A stretch of 64,000 bases of DNA. Origin: Aplysia californica. Taxonomy: Eukaryota. Positions 1 through 13,594 of the stretch are shown in pieces (positions within the stretch are counted from its first letter, which is position 1; each line of letters opens with the position of its first letter). The notes beneath the pieces are model-generated. The model was not told where the DNA came from, did no database searches, and worked only from the letters and a program-made list of their open reading frames with translations. Position numbers and translations under genes: made by a program. The stretch spans positions 730,829-794,828 of the forward strand of contig NW_004797539.1 in NCBI RefSeq assembly GCF_000002075.1, given 5' to 3'.

Positions 1-513
1 CCCCTCTGAAAAAATACAGACGTAGACACATGCCATTCACTATTGGCTGTATAATAATATTATGCCATAACAACACAGGCCAACAAAGGAGAATGTTTTA
101 TCCAAATAATCCGTTCGGCTTCTTGTTCTAAAGCAAAAGAGTACACTGCTTCTACATTTAGTGACAAAGAAAATATTATCAAAGATACTACACCCTAGGC
201 TGTACTATCTTTGATTATTACTCTGACAAGCAAGTGTATTCTGAAACTGTCAATTTTTACACGCTCAAACAGGGTACTGTGCTAATGAACTTTAGATCTA
301 CACTTACCAGAAAGAAAAGAATTAAAAAAAAACCACTACAGGTTGCGTTGTACGATACACGTGTTCAGTAAATATTCTATTACATTTTTAAAACTCTTAT
401 TGCTTAAACGTATCTCTCCCACACGCACACACGCGGGTTTGACTTTTTTGTTCTGTTTAGTTTACTGCCTATGTGTCTTGCTGGCCTTTAAACTACGTGC
501 ACACATGCATACA

Positions 514-571
514 CGTGTTTCGCTATTGGTTGCATCTCCACCCGTGTTTCGCTATTGGTTGCATCTCCACC
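514..571. repeat. Perfect 29-bp tandem duplication
   Basis: cgtgtttcgctattggttgcatctccacc x2. Confidence 0.9.
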
Positions 572-574
572 CAG

Positions 575-618
<44 letters not shown>

Positions 619-641
619 CCCCCCTTCTCTCTCTCTCTCTC
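575..641. repeat. (CT)n microsatellite
   Basis: Direct reading. Confidence 0.95.
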
Positions 642-1397
642 ACGCGCACACCTCGGGGAGAATGGCTTTTTTCTGCGGAGTCATCATCTCGTCTGTTTTC
701 AGCAGGCTCTCACGGGTCCTACATTTGTGGCTCAGTTAAGGAAACCTGTGACTGTGAGACCCAATTAAAAAACCAAACGATGAACACGTATCGGTTTATG
801 AAAGGGGAAAACAGTCAATTTTAGTTTTTTCATGTATTTCGATTTCCGAATGTTCTTCGTAAGGAAAACATGACCCATTGATGGTATTGTTTTTTTTCCC
901 TGATCTTTCTTCGAAAGGAAGGTATGGCCGATTTCAGACGATTCCTGTTATGTGTGATGGGATCTGGTCTAAGTCTAAGGAAGTGGCAGGGTGGAGAGTT
1001 AACAGCTCTAAAAAGGTGGGGGGGTTTTCAAACCCTGGAATGCGGCCTTTTCACGTTCAGCCGTCAACAACGTACACTGCACAGGTGTATCCCATCACCT
1101 GTTGGAAGAAGATTACACCCCGCCCCCTCCCTCCGTCCGTTGTCCTTTTACCCAGTACACTGGATTGAAGCCTATTCAGTTAATGAATGGTGAAATATTC
1201 TTCATTAAACACCCACTTTTTGAGGTAGTGGAGTGTGTTGAATGTTTGCCTCTGCGGTTTATTGAAATTTTGGGACGCGCACTCACCCACTCACAAGATA
1301 GGAGAGGGTATCGCAGAAAGTTAGAACATTGTAAAAAAAAGTATTTTTTTCTTTTTCTTCTGTGTTTGAACCTTGGTGCACTGCTCTGTTTTCCCAG

Positions 1398-1487
1398 GCG
1401 AAAGGCCGTTTGAGTGCGACTGGTTGGGCTGTGGGAAACGATTCGCCAGATCTGATGAGCTCACACGACACAAGCGGACACACACAG
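1398..1487 (+). CDS. KLF9/13: KLF9/13-like Kruppel-like factor, exon encoding zinc finger 2
   Basis: ttcccag|GCG...ACAG|gtaagt, 90 nt; (G)[29 protein letters not shown](G) is a canonical KLF/SP finger 2. Confidence 0.93.
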
Positions 1488-1529
1488 GTAAGTCAACTGA
1501 TGACCCTATGGAAAGGGGGGGGGGGGTGT

Positions 1530-1690
1530 TTGGTGTGTTGGTTAGCCCTCTTCTCATTCATGACAGATGTGAGTTCGATTCCCACAAGCAGAAGATATTT
1601 TATTGAGTCTTTTCACCTTTCTACTGGGGTTTTTGTTGTCTCCCACCAGCCTGGGCTGACCCTGACAGACATAGTTAAATAAAGCAGCCC
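1530..1690 (+). mobile_element. Short tRNA-headed SINE, family C (other copies on - at ~25855-26022, ~36890-36990, ~50278-50427)
   Basis: gagttcgattccc B box; 3' gggctgaccctgacagac matches the reverse complement of gtctgtcagggccaagccc (~25864) and ctgtcagggtcagcc (~50287). Confidence 0.55.
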
Positions 1691-2064
1691 ACATCCTCAA
1701 GAATATAAATGGTGTTGAAAGAGGTGTAGAACATTTATTGTCATTCGAGTATTAACATGTGACTTTTAATTTCGTTGTCCTTTTTAGCACTTTGCTTCAG
1801 CGTTATAGTTTAAGAACCTGTTGCCTACGACGAAGTGAAGGGCTTTGATAGTTCCTAAACAAAGTAAGTTCAGAACTGGATTTGAACTCCAAAGTCATAT
1901 TCATCATTGTCTTGTCACTTTGATATGTGGAATCTAAGCCATCAACAAGCTGTCTCCAGTTGTTACAATCCATAACAGCCTCTTCGATTGTCTCCTCAAA
2001 AGCCTAGCTTCATTCTCCCTCTACCTATGCTCTAAATGGCCATGTCTTTTTGTCCACATTTCAG

Positions 2065-2321
2065 GCGAGAAGACGTTCCAGTGCCCCCTGTGTGATAAAC
2101 GTTTCATGCGCAGCGATCACAAGATCAAACATGCCAAACGGCACGCCCTGTTCCACCCGAGCATGCTAGAGACAAATACTCGCCATGTCGCCCGCAGTGT
2201 CATCCCTCCACCCCAGCAACAGCAGCCTTGTGACTTCCAGTACGTGCCGGACTGCGACATGGGCAGCGACGGTGCCGCGTCTTTCCGCTCAAACAACACA
2301 AGTCCAGCCGCACAGCCTTAG
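2065..2321 (+). CDS. KLF9/13: KLF9/13-like factor, terminal coding exon (zinc finger 3 plus C-terminal tail)
   Basis: tttcag|GCGAG; [34 protein letters not shown]...PAAQP*; [21 protein letters not shown] resembles vertebrate KLF9/KLF13 as I recall them; phase matches the previous exon. Confidence 0.9.
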
Positions 2322-4089
2322 GCCTGGTGGAAGGGGGGGGGGTTGCGTCTGTTCACCCAGCGGAAGCCAGACATAACGATGGTGACAACTATGTTACTAT
2401 GATGATGATGCTGAGGACGTTGTGGCTGCAGACAAATCAGCTGTTATATTTCGTTTGGTGTTCCTGTTCCACTATAGTTTCATGTCGGTACTTACCTTCT
2501 TGTTTTGCTCCAGACACTGATTTTTTCTACCCTGTATAGGGATCCTTGTCCTGAAACTCTGATGTAACGATATTCCCAGGCATATATGTGATCGGTTGCT
2601 CTACAATCGTTTTTTTTTAGAGCAGTCTGTCTGCTTAGGGATTTCATTTGGTAAAAAAGTGTCTTGGAGGATTACAGCATTCGCACAAATTGGTCTTTGG
2701 TGGAAAGAATTCTCTTGACCAAGTATTTGTTGCATTTGAAATTGAGTATTTGTTGCATTTGCAAATTCTGTAGCGAGTGTATTTTTTTGTTCTTACACTG
2801 TGCTGTGTGCTTTTGTGAGAGGGATGCTGTGATGGCAGAGAAAACTCTTGAGAAAAAGAAATATGATAAAATGAAAGATACACCGGCATATGTACATTTA
2901 TGGCTTGACAAGTAACAACTGTGGAAGATTGCAAACTTTGTTACAACTTTGAGACTCAGGACCCAAAGGTAGATTGTTGTATTTTGAATGATTGACACTG
3001 GCTTTGTGTTCTCTTTGTGGCCAGTGATGTCGTTCAGCTCTGGCTATGTTACTATGAGTGACTGCATCTTCTTGTAAACAGAAGTAGCGTGTCTGCATGG
3101 TATTTAAGCCATTTGCAGTTCAGACAATTGTTATTAGATTTTATATTGATGTTGTGTCCCTCTTTTTCTTCACAAATTTTGAAGTTTTCTTCATTTTTTC
3201 TTTTTTTTTCTTTCTAAAATTGGAAAAAAACATATGAACAGTCTGACGACAGAATATGACGAAAGCCATTTTTCAAGTTTTGGCCAAAATTTGTAGTCAT
3301 ATCTAGAACTAGAAAGATGTGGCACATTCCAGAGTCAACTTCTTTTTTTTCTACAAAATGCGATTTTTCAGCCTTTAAAAGTCTTAACCCCGCAATTATT
3401 TTTCCAACGTTTTGATGGAATTTTTTCTAGATCTTGTGAAACTGGCAATGGGGGTATACATGCAAAATATTCATAAAATAACTATGCTGTGTCAAAGTGA
3501 AAGAGGAAGTAGTTTTTAGAATTTCCTAGTCAAGATAAATCTGTTCGGATTTGTAAGAGATAGCAGTAGCAGTAATACTACATGCACTCTGCGATCTGAC
3601 CAAACTTGGCAAGTTTCACTTGACACCTCCATCATCCACTCGGGGTTATAGAGTAAAGAACTTGGAAAAGTGACTCTTTTTTATTTAAAAAACCCCCCCA
3701 CAACACAAAAGCAGTAGACCTTTTTGGACACACAGCGACTCTCTTTGAGTCACATGACTGTTTTATGGTCCGCGAAAGTTTGTCGGCAGCTCTTTTCACT
3801 TCCTCATTATTATAATGTGGGTGCGTCACGTTTTGTAAAAAATTTAAAAGATAAGATTCTAACGTGATACATTTCATCGCACAACAAATATCAACTTAGC
3901 CCGTATGTCTCGTTTACTTAAGAGACAAAGTTGCTCAAGATTATTTATTTCGGATTTGGTATGTGGGTGAAGAACAGAAATCTTCATTTATTATTTTTAA
4001 AAACAAAACCAGGAAAATGGATATGTTGTGTTTTGTCGTGAAACTGTCCATATGTTTTTGAAAGTTTTTTTTTTTTACTGCTGTCTTTG

Positions 4090-4090
<1 letters not shown>

Positions 4091-4131
<41 letters not shown>
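4091..4131. repeat. (TA)n microsatellite
   Basis: Direct reading. Confidence 0.95.
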
Positions 4132-4134
<3 letters not shown>

Positions 4135-4819
4135 TTCATCTCCCACTGTCAGTAAGGCCAAAATGCACAAATGGGTGGAGGGAGGGTACTTTTTTGTCAC
4201 ATTTTAATTGGCAAATGGAATATCGTACAAGTTTATTCTAGTTCTCATCCTAAGTTCATATACACATATACTGTGTCAATGATTGTTTGTTTTTCACTAG
4301 CTGGACAGTTCTGAGTGTTGAATGTTAAGAAGCTGTGTGCAAAGCCATGCAGGGTACAAATTGTGAGCATAACCATGCAGGGTGTAAATATGTATAAAAT
4401 GTTTTTGGGTGTACTGAAGACTACAAAGTTTGTTTGTTGATCTGACGAAGGAGCGAGTTTACTATCATTGTTTAGTCTGTGGTGAAATGGCCGCAGTTGT
4501 CTATGCCTATCATCCCAGTTTGCCTTATATCCCGATTTTGTTTAGGAAACTGAATTTTTATTTTATAAAACTTCTGAGGTCCCGATTTTATGGACAAAAT
4601 ATGGCCATGCTCTGGCTTTTCTCATTAATCGTCTGACGCTGAAAGATTTCAATCAATCTCAAAGCAAATATATGTGGAGTTTGTCACACCTGATGCTTTT
4701 TCAATTGCCCATGCCTTTGGTAAAGCAGGGAAGGTGTCTATGCCTTTATGCTTCATAGAGAGGTAGTTAGTTGTAAGGTTTGCACTCTATCTTATGTCAA
4801 GTAGTTGGCCTTTTTAATC

Positions 4820-4945
4820 TGGTCCTGCTTTCCTATCAAATATCTATCATTGGCATCTCTCTCCCTTCTTTTCTGTGAATGTTACTCTTTAGTGACACCA
4901 CTGGCATTCACAGGAGACTTATTTATGTTGCAAGCTCTGGAAAAG
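4820..4945 (+). mobile_element. Subfamily A copy in KLF 3' UTR (opposite genomic strand)
   Basis: ctttcctatcaaatatctatc...cccttctttt...tgttactct...tgttgcaag is the reverse complement of the TRRAP-intron copies. Confidence 0.7.
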
Positions 4946-7900
4946 TCATACAAAATCTTTACTTACAACCACCCCCCCCTCCCCAAACTTTTCTGTCTGA
5001 TGAGCTCACCGACTGTCTCATGTCTGTTGAAGGTGTTGCCATGTTGTGTCCATGTAAGTTTGAAGTGAGAAAATATTCTCAATTAGTCTGCTGCTTTGAA
5101 CTCTTGAGAACTTGTAATTTGATTTCTCAGGACGAGGCCAGTCAGAACTCATCAGAATCAATTTCTTTTGTATTTGAACTTTCAATCTCTAAATGGGGTT
5201 TGTTTTTATTTGGGTGCATAACAATGATTTGGAAAGCCTAGGGTAACTTTCCACTCCCCTCACACACCTGATAGTAAATTCTATGATTTTTACATGTCTG
5301 CCCTTCTTTCCTCGTTATAAATTTTATTTGTTCTGTAAAAGGGGACAGACTGTCTGAAAATCTGTACTAATGCTTGTTACTGATTTGCCTTGCAGCATTT
5401 AGTTATCAAATATTTAATCATTTTTGTTAATACTGGTAAAGTTTAAATGTAAACAAACAAAAAACCCTTTTCAAGTGGCAGAGGAATATGTCGGTGTGAC
5501 TGCAATATTTTGTTAGGTTACTCAAACTTGTTTTGAAGAGAGAAGATATGGGATCTGGATTGTTTAATTCTGTTTGTCTAAGTTCTTTCATTTGTTATTT
5601 AACTTGCATTTTTTTGGTTGTGGTTCCTAAATTATTGTATTTGTGCAGAAAACAACCTGCCACCCGCTCTTGAATAATACATTTGAAACAGAAAACACAT
5701 TTTTTGTTTCTGTACGGAAAAATTCCAACCTTTTTTGTTCATTTATTTATTGATTTATTTTTTGGTTTAGTTTGTGCAGGAAAAATCCAAATGTTTTTGT
5801 TTTTGTAAAAAAAGAAAAATCCTCACGTTTTTTTGTTTGGACATTTACTTGCAGCTATCGGCTATTGTTTGAAGAGAAATATAGAACTTGTGGACATGCT
5901 ACTTACTCTGTCACCGAGAAAACTTTTTTTTGTTTTCATCCTTGTCTTAACCTCATCTTGCATTCCTTGTTCTCTCTTTCGGTTGAGGTTCACAACTTTC
6001 AATCCTCATATAAAATTTTGATTTATGGCCCAGAACTTTTCCTCTGTAAATTTCTCTAAAGGTCTCAATAAATATATAGGGAAAAATGTTGGTTCCCTGT
6101 CCATTTCAACTCTTTGGACTTGTTTGAGCCCAAAAATGTCTATATTTCTACTGCGGTTTAAGTAATCTTATAAAGACTTGGTGGAAAGTTGAAGGATTTT
6201 TTAATCTTGAAAGAGTAAAATTTCTATCCAAAATGTTTTTTGCATATTTGTAAAGTTTTTGTCTTTATATTCCTCACTTGTGAGGTTTAAATTTTAATAT
6301 TTATATCGTGATGCCATGTTTGTCTTCTACATCTACAGTCTTTCATTCAAGCTGTGGTTGTTTACGAAAAGCACGACTACATATGATTTGGTCTAATAGA
6401 GGCCACCCCCTGTAATGGTACTAAGGTCTTTTCAATTGTTTTTTTTTAGTTAAGGAAAAGACTTTGTTGCAGAAGACGTGGGTGTTGTGTATGATGAGAC
6501 TGTTGCAATTCAGAATTGGTTGATTCAGTTACCAAAAACCCCCCAACGAAACACACCCAACCTGTCACCTGTCTTAATTCCCCAGAAATTTTTACCCGGT
6601 CGAATAAGTTGTGTGATTGAGTGTGAAACAGGAGTCATCAATGTTTCCCCCCTCTTTTTCTCAGTGAGGGATTTCTTTTTAAAGGTTATCTAATGTTATG
6701 GCTTTTTCTGGGTCTTCTTATGGGAAAATTTTCTGCTTGCATACAATTCGTAGTGATTATTATTTGAAACAGTGGCTGGGATTGTTAAAATGGCATAATG
6801 TTTTAAAAACACTGACAAGTTCTCAGAAGGCCAGTTGCCAGTTGAATATTTTCACTCGCTCTTTTTTGTGTGTGTGTGTGTACATGTACATGATTGTGTC
6901 ATGGGAACTGTTGTGAAATGGTCTTTCCTTGAAGTGTTTTGAAACTGGAATGAAAAATTGTTTGCACTGGTTATTTTTTGTGTGTTTGTTTGTTTGTGTG
7001 TGTCTGTGTAGTTTCAAATATATTTAACTTTTCTGCTCTTTTATTTCCAATGCCTAATGGCTTGAGTAAGTTCTTGTATCGGTGGATGGTCAGCATATGA
7101 ATTGAAATATAGCTCTGTGGGATTTTTCAGTTGCAGCAGAGTAGAAAGAATTCCATGATGAACACCATGCTGCTTATCATCCATCCTCAGAGCAACGATC
7201 CGTGCTTGTGAAGTCTAAGTCATGTTGTATGTCACATGAACATGTACCCATGTAGTGTCCGGTCATGCGATCATGTTGTGTTTTAGCAAAGAGCCTACAT
7301 AACAGAGAGTTCACTCCTCTCTTTGAGCCAATTAAAAAGTGTCATCAAAATTTGGTGACGCCCTCTTCGCAAATGCGCACCCTTTGAGAACAGAGTTACC
7401 CTACTTGTGTGAAAAAAATCAAAGTGAAACTAATAAGTTTTTGAATAAATACGAATTCAAATTTTGGAAGAATGCTTTTTTAAAATGGTTACGCTGACAA
7501 AAAACCTCTTCCGGAGGAGGAGGCGACTGTTTTCTTCGTTTAATTTGATGTTTAAATGAGAGGCGAGAGGTCATTATAATTTTTAAAAAACCCTAAAACT
7601 CTACCCTGAACAAACCCGAACAGCTGATGAACAGCAGTCGATCTTCGCACGCAAGTGGGTGCTATTCCTATTTTTCTTCTGGAGAAACGAAAGAGAGCTT
7701 CAAAACAAAGACAGCAATGTCATCTGAGCCAATGCGTGGACTTTCGGCGGACACTTTTTTGGGCTGAGTGGTCCATCTTGTTATGTATCATCATTGGTTT
7801 TAGGTCATGGGGTTATGCTACTTGTCAGGTTATGTGATCATTTTGTGTGTGTGTGTGTGCGCGCGCATGCTTTGATGTGTGCATGTTTATTTCAGTTCAT

Positions 7901-9847
7901 TTAATCATGTTGTGTGAAGTCGTGTGGTGATTGTGTTATGAGTCAGGTCATGAGATTATGCTTTGCCTGGTGTTGCCTGCTGTTGAATCTGTTGAACTAT
8001 CTCCGTTACATTTTCAGATCTGATCAGTACTATCCTTGTTCAAGAGCAGCTGTCTATACTTACAGTGAGAACATTTTGAAAGTTGAAATGAAAGCGTTTG
8101 TTTGTTGAGAAACCCTTTGCAAAAGATCTATTGGTAAATGTTGTTCTGAGAATATTTTGAAAATGAAAGCAAACAAGCTTGTTGACAAAAGATACATTAG
8201 TACATTTTTTTTTCCTGTCACAGTGAATTTGATGATGTTTGTCACTCATTCTATGATGAAGGATATTGCTTATATTTGTATAGTGTTTTGTGGTTAGCAG
8301 TGTTATACTGCAGAATTGCAGTATCAGTTGTATAGCTTGTTCACTTTCACCAGTCTGCGTTATAACAAATTCTAGCTTGTTTATTATTTTATCTATGCCC
8401 ACAAACTTTTGCATGACATTTCTGCAGGGCAACGACCAAACAAAAATAAATTTAAAAAAAATTCTTGATCCAGTAATCAGTTTCTCTATTTGGGCCCTAT
8501 TAAAAAAAACTACTGTTTGGGTGCATTCACCCGATTGAATAACTAAAATAAACCACAAACAGAAACCTAGCCTACAAGTTGCTCATTTTGAGAGAGCGAC
8601 ACCACTCTGCCCTCACATTTTAGTGTATGCTTGTAGTTTTAAGAGTCTATTGATCTTCCAACTTTTACTTTAAGACACGTATGCAAAAAGTCTGAGAAGA
8701 TTAAACGAAGCAATTTTATTTTACCTTGTTTTAATCGTAGTCAAATGAAAGTGAACAAGCTATAGTACATTCTCTTCACACGAAAAGCCATGACAAGTTT
8801 TTTTGATTCTCATTTACAATTTCATTACCATGAAAAGCATAACCAAAGTGATGTACATATGTGTCTTGAAAAAGATCTGTGTCTCATAAGACAGTTATCT
8901 TCAATTCTTTAGTTTAACAAATATTAAGGTATCTGATATGACTGCAACTTACTGCAAATCAGTTTGTGTCTTTTTATTCCTTGTATTCTGTGCTAGGTCT
9001 GAATACTTTTTATTAAGTAGTACAACAGGTTACATCTTCCCGTAAGCTGAAATTCCAAGAGTAGTGTTGTTATCATGACAGAATATAGTGCTTTAGTTTG
9101 TTTAGACAGTAAAGGTTTCAATACTTTTAAAAGTAAAATGGATATTTACTAGAGCTGTAGAGTATTATAATCGTCATAGAGCAGTCTCCTTTTGAGAGTT
9201 GGTGCCAGCCTTTGTTCCCGTGGGGCGAGTTTTGTGTGCCGTTGGAGGTGTTAGTTATGAATTTGGATGTCCATTGGAGGAGTCATTTATGCCATCAGTG
9301 GTATTAATTACGACTTTGAAGGTGTCTGTTACATTTTTGTAGGTGATAGGTGTCTGTTATGGCATCAAAGATATCGGTAATACCTTGGAAGTTTTTTTTT
9401 CTCCAGTATATCTCATTTCTCAAACAGTCTCAGTTTCAATCTTTTTCAGTTTGAATAGTTTTTTATTTATATGCACTTTCTTTATATGTCAACTGCAGGG
9501 GAGATATTGGAAATCCATTGTCGTTTGTGTGTTGAATAGAAAAAGGCCAAAGATTGGAGAACAGATAGTTCCTATCCCTTTTGTCACCTTGGAGATATTG
9601 AATGATGTCCTGCCAGTATAGACAGGTTTTTTCCCCCCAAGAAAATGTGTACCACAACCACAACTTTTGTGGTGGGAGAGCATGGTCTGAAGCACAATTC
9701 TGTCAATACGTTTTTTTATGGCACTCACAAAAGATTGCTTCGATTTTTATCTGAAGATATATTTGCCTTCAAACTTAATCTTTTATTACTTGAACTGAAG
9801 ATATGAAACTATATGGAGGCTGATAGATATTATGTTTTGCTGTTTCA

Positions 9848-9853
9848 AATAAA
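9848..9853 (+). promoter_or_regulatory. Candidate polyadenylation signal (KLF)
   Basis: AATAAA followed ~20-35 nt later by tttgtgttc(t)n GU/U-rich element, at the strand-skew switch. Confidence 0.55.
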
Positions 9854-10032
9854 GCGAAAATACAATTCACATTTGTGTTCTTTTTTTTTTTTCTACTTAA
9901 AAATTGAATGGAGTATTTCGGTCAATTTGAGTGGGTGCTTGGAGGAAGCCACTGATGGTTGGTGGTACTGCTTTTCTGTCTATCTTGAGCACATCAATAC
10001 AATTCAATTTTTTTTTTGGGGGAGGGGGGTGT

Positions 10033-10539
10033 AAATGTTTTACGGTGCTCGCAACTGCATAAGGTCATATGAGCGCACTGGTCACATTAAACATTTTCAG
10101 TTGGTAGAAAATTTTCAATTTTGCCCTGGTGGCGGTGGAAGCCTGCTCTTATCGATTTTAAACCACCAAGGGATCTTTAACGTGCACAGCTTGCATATAA
10201 GATCTCCGAAATTTTTCGCCCTCGTCAGAGAAGGCTAGGTGTAAATCTTCTCTACCATAGGATCAGGGGTGTGGCTGAAAGACAGCAGTAAGAAGGAGCC
10301 AAGAAGTAGCTGCTAAAAAGCTGCAGAAAGAGTCAGGAGCCCAGAGGAGGGGGCAAAGGAGGTAAGGGGGTGGGGGCAGAAAGTGGAGGTAAAAGCAGAC
10401 GACAGAACATTGCTACAGAGAAGGAATGGAGGTGAAAGACAATTTTAGAGAAGAAATATTTCCGTCGCTATCCAGATTCGAACCCAGGACCTATTGAATG
10501 AGAGGCGAACTCCTCACCCTCTAGGTCACAAGTGCCCCC
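10033..10539 (-). mobile_element. Near full-length tRNA-derived SINE with Nin/Deu-like central domain
   Basis: On -, head GGGGCACTTGTGACCTAGAGGG (A box) and GGTTCGAATC (B box, 10475-10484); central gggatctttaacgtgcac...cgtcagagaaggctag resembles the Nin/Deu domain from memory; tail catatgaccttatgcagttgcgagcaccgtaaaac. Confidence 0.75.
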
Positions 10540-11031
10540 TGCAATTCAATGATTGCCCTTTAGTTCCAGGAAAGAATAAGAGGGATTGCAGATGACACAA
10601 AATAAAGAAAAATAGGACCCACCAGTGACACCCTAAACACACACAGAACAGACAACACATCAGAAAGAAAATGAGGACCAACCAGTGTCGCCCTCTTTCC
10701 ACACAGAGACAAAAATATCAGAGATAAAAATTGCCCAACAGGCAGAAAAATGCTTCTTTGATTTCATTATTTTGATGAGAGCCTGATTTTACCATGATGG
10801 AACAAATGCCAAATATAACAAGACTGAGTTACATAAATGTAAATATGAAACCATTTCGCCAAGTAGTTTTGTCGCAATCATAGTTACTGAGGAGTCTGTG
10901 TCTAAGCATTTCCTGTTTAAATCTTGCAATAAGAAATTTGGACATCTCTTACCCTTAATCAGTGAAATACATGAGCATGAGACAAATTTTCACAACAGTA
11001 ATCTTTGCAAAATAATAATAGGACAAATCAA

Positions 11032-11051
11032 TTTATTGTTTGACTTTTATT
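11032..11051 (-). promoter_or_regulatory. Candidate tandem polyadenylation signals (TRRAP)
   Basis: tttatt at 11032-11037 and 11046-11051 (AATAAA on -), ~2.4 kb beyond the TRRAP stop. Confidence 0.5.
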
Positions 11052-13484
11052 GAAAAATATCAATGATTGCATGAATGAACACTGAAATGAGAATAAGAAG
11101 GGACGAATGCGGAATGTACATAAAAAGTTCTGATAGAATGATGATGAAATGATCTTACTTACAAATGTACTGTGCATATTTTTACACCCACAGAATTAGT
11201 AACGGCAGTAATGGAATTAGTGGCAATCTACACACAATGAGGATCAAAGTTTAACAACTCTTAAGAAAAGCAACAGTGTATCGGGGTCTATAACATTAAT
11301 ATTTTTCTAAAACAAGTTTGTACAAAAGTATGCTTTAAGAAAATAATAGCAAAATGTATTCAATTATAAACACTACATAGACCACCCATTTGAAAAACAA
11401 AATAATTACTGCTAATACTAATAATTTGATAGAATACACTAATTCATTTATTCAAAATTTTGACAGTATGCTTATTTCAATAAAATGTATCTGAGCGACA
11501 GCTCACAGAAAATGGTACCTATCTGGCACTTAACAAGAATGTTATCTCTTTGTCTTTGTAAATGAATTACAATTCTGAGGTGATTTATTGTGTTATTTAA
11601 CCTATCTAGGCAGTAGGTAAACAACATTTGTACTTATTGTAAGAGCACGAGAAATAGAAACATTTTGCTTTGTCACAAACATGGGTCAGACCATGAAAGA
11701 CATCGTCGTGAGCACTTTACTCACCTAATGATATTATATGTAATTATTTGCCTCCGCTATTTATTAAGACAGAAAAGGCCCCTTTGTCCAGTGAAAAAGT
11801 GCCCTTAGGTGTGACTCGGAGAAAATAAATACTGACCGGAAAAGACAAATGGAAACTTATGTAGATTTAGGCTGTCCCTAAAAGCCACGATATCTTGAGT
11901 GAACAGCCTATACCAGAACACTTTATAATTGCAGTTGACAACAAAAGAACAGTCCCCAAATAGAAATGACAATATCTAATTAAAAAAACGTGGTTTAAGC
12001 AACAGCTGACATAACCATTAACAACCACAGATCTAGATCTTCCCTTTGCTCCCCCCCCCCTCCCAAAGAACACAAGAAAAAAAACTACAGGAAATTAATG
12101 GTGCCAAATAGAACTAAGACAGATCCCTTTGAATAGGAACACTTTGAGCACACGTTTGCAACCATATACTTATTATACATTTCATATTCCTAAAAATTTT
12201 AGACCTAGAAACTAAGACTAAGAACAGTTTTAAGAAATCTACACTTAGACAGCGTTTTCAATGCAGTAGTGAAAAAATAAAAGCACCATATATACAATCA
12301 AAGTTCTTTCCACACGTAATACTAAAGCCACCACAAGGATTTCAATGGCCAATATCTTAGTAGTTGTTAAAAGTGCAAAGTTGGGACAAGCAAGAACTGC
12401 AAGATTTGCTTTCTCTCCACGTCACTTTCTCTCTTTCACATTTTCCTCCCTCTCTTTCAACCACTTTTCTTATAATAACACACTCCTTTTCATAATACAA
12501 TATGCCAATACCTCAATGAAATCTGCATACTCTTCTGAATTTCAGACAATCAATTTTCTCACCTGGTGTGATCCAAGTCTCGTACAATCCTTTCATCCAC
12601 ATCTTCCACACATGTACCAGCACAGCATTAATAGAAAAATAAACTATTTGGTCCCCACAACCGAATCCCATTTAGATTTTACATTGACCTAGACATCAAC
12701 ACACTTACAGAAATGCAGGTTATTTGTACTTTTGTAGAAAGCAAAGTCGAAGAGATGAGCCCTTCCACTGACCTGTGTTACTCTCAGTTGGACAGAAAGA
12801 AAGAAGGTAAGGGTGAAAAGGCCACTGCTGAGAAACCTCATACTCTTTGTCATTATTACTTCATGATTCCATTACTTTTCAGTCCCCCAAATTTTGTTAC
12901 AAAAAAACTTGGCTGTCTTTAGACAGGACTCAATCACCGCAAACCATAATCTCTTCTTTTCATTTTGACTGAAAAGATGAACCATCAATTAAGAAATAAT
13001 TTTTAAAACTCACAAACTCATGTACACACAGTTATGTAACTGACTGAACTCATCCCTATAAAAATCTGCTAATAAAATGCAATGAACGGAAAATCTAATT
13101 TTAAAATGTCTGCCTCTTCCTGAAATTCCAACTTCAGAAAAAATCAACCCTTGACCTCATCAAAAGAAACTGTACATGTCAATATTAACATAATGGGTTT
13201 GTATTTTGTACATTTCCAAGTTCCAAAAGAACTTCCTTTTTCATACTCTACAATCTTATTGACACTACAGGAAACAATTCCATTTACAAAGAGTGGTGGA
13301 CTGAACCAAGGACATTTATTAGATGGAGCATCAAGCTCAGTACAAAAATGAAACACCTGATTGTTATATAAATCAGACAACAGAAAAAAACAACAACAAT
13401 ACATTAACGAAAAAAAAAGAATAGAACTAAAATAAAGAAAAGGTTTTTGCTGCAGTTGTTCCTGCCTCCGGCATCATTGCATGA

Positions 13485-13594
13485 CTACAGCCAGGGGTGC
13501 CAGGCAGGGTCCATGCGACACAGGTTGTCTGTGTTGGTTGCCGCGGTGACCAGAGTACTGACGCGGCTGTCCGCACCTTCAAATGACGCCAGAT
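13485..13594 (-). CDS. TRRAP: TRRAP last exon (FATC)
   Basis: LASFEGADSRVSTLVTAATNTDNLCRMDPAWHPWL*. Confidence 0.96.

Larger units (their letters stand above)
2322..9880 (+). other. Probable long 3' UTR of the KLF gene
   Basis: No coding signal; + strand is T-rich until ~10 kb; ATTTA clusters near 3940 and 5740; ends near AATAAA 9848. Confidence 0.5.

Noticed and set aside
343-1413. Overlapping + strand ORFs upstream of the KLF exon
   Set aside because: Low complexity, no finger-1 sequence; intronic. Finger 1 must lie upstream of the window.
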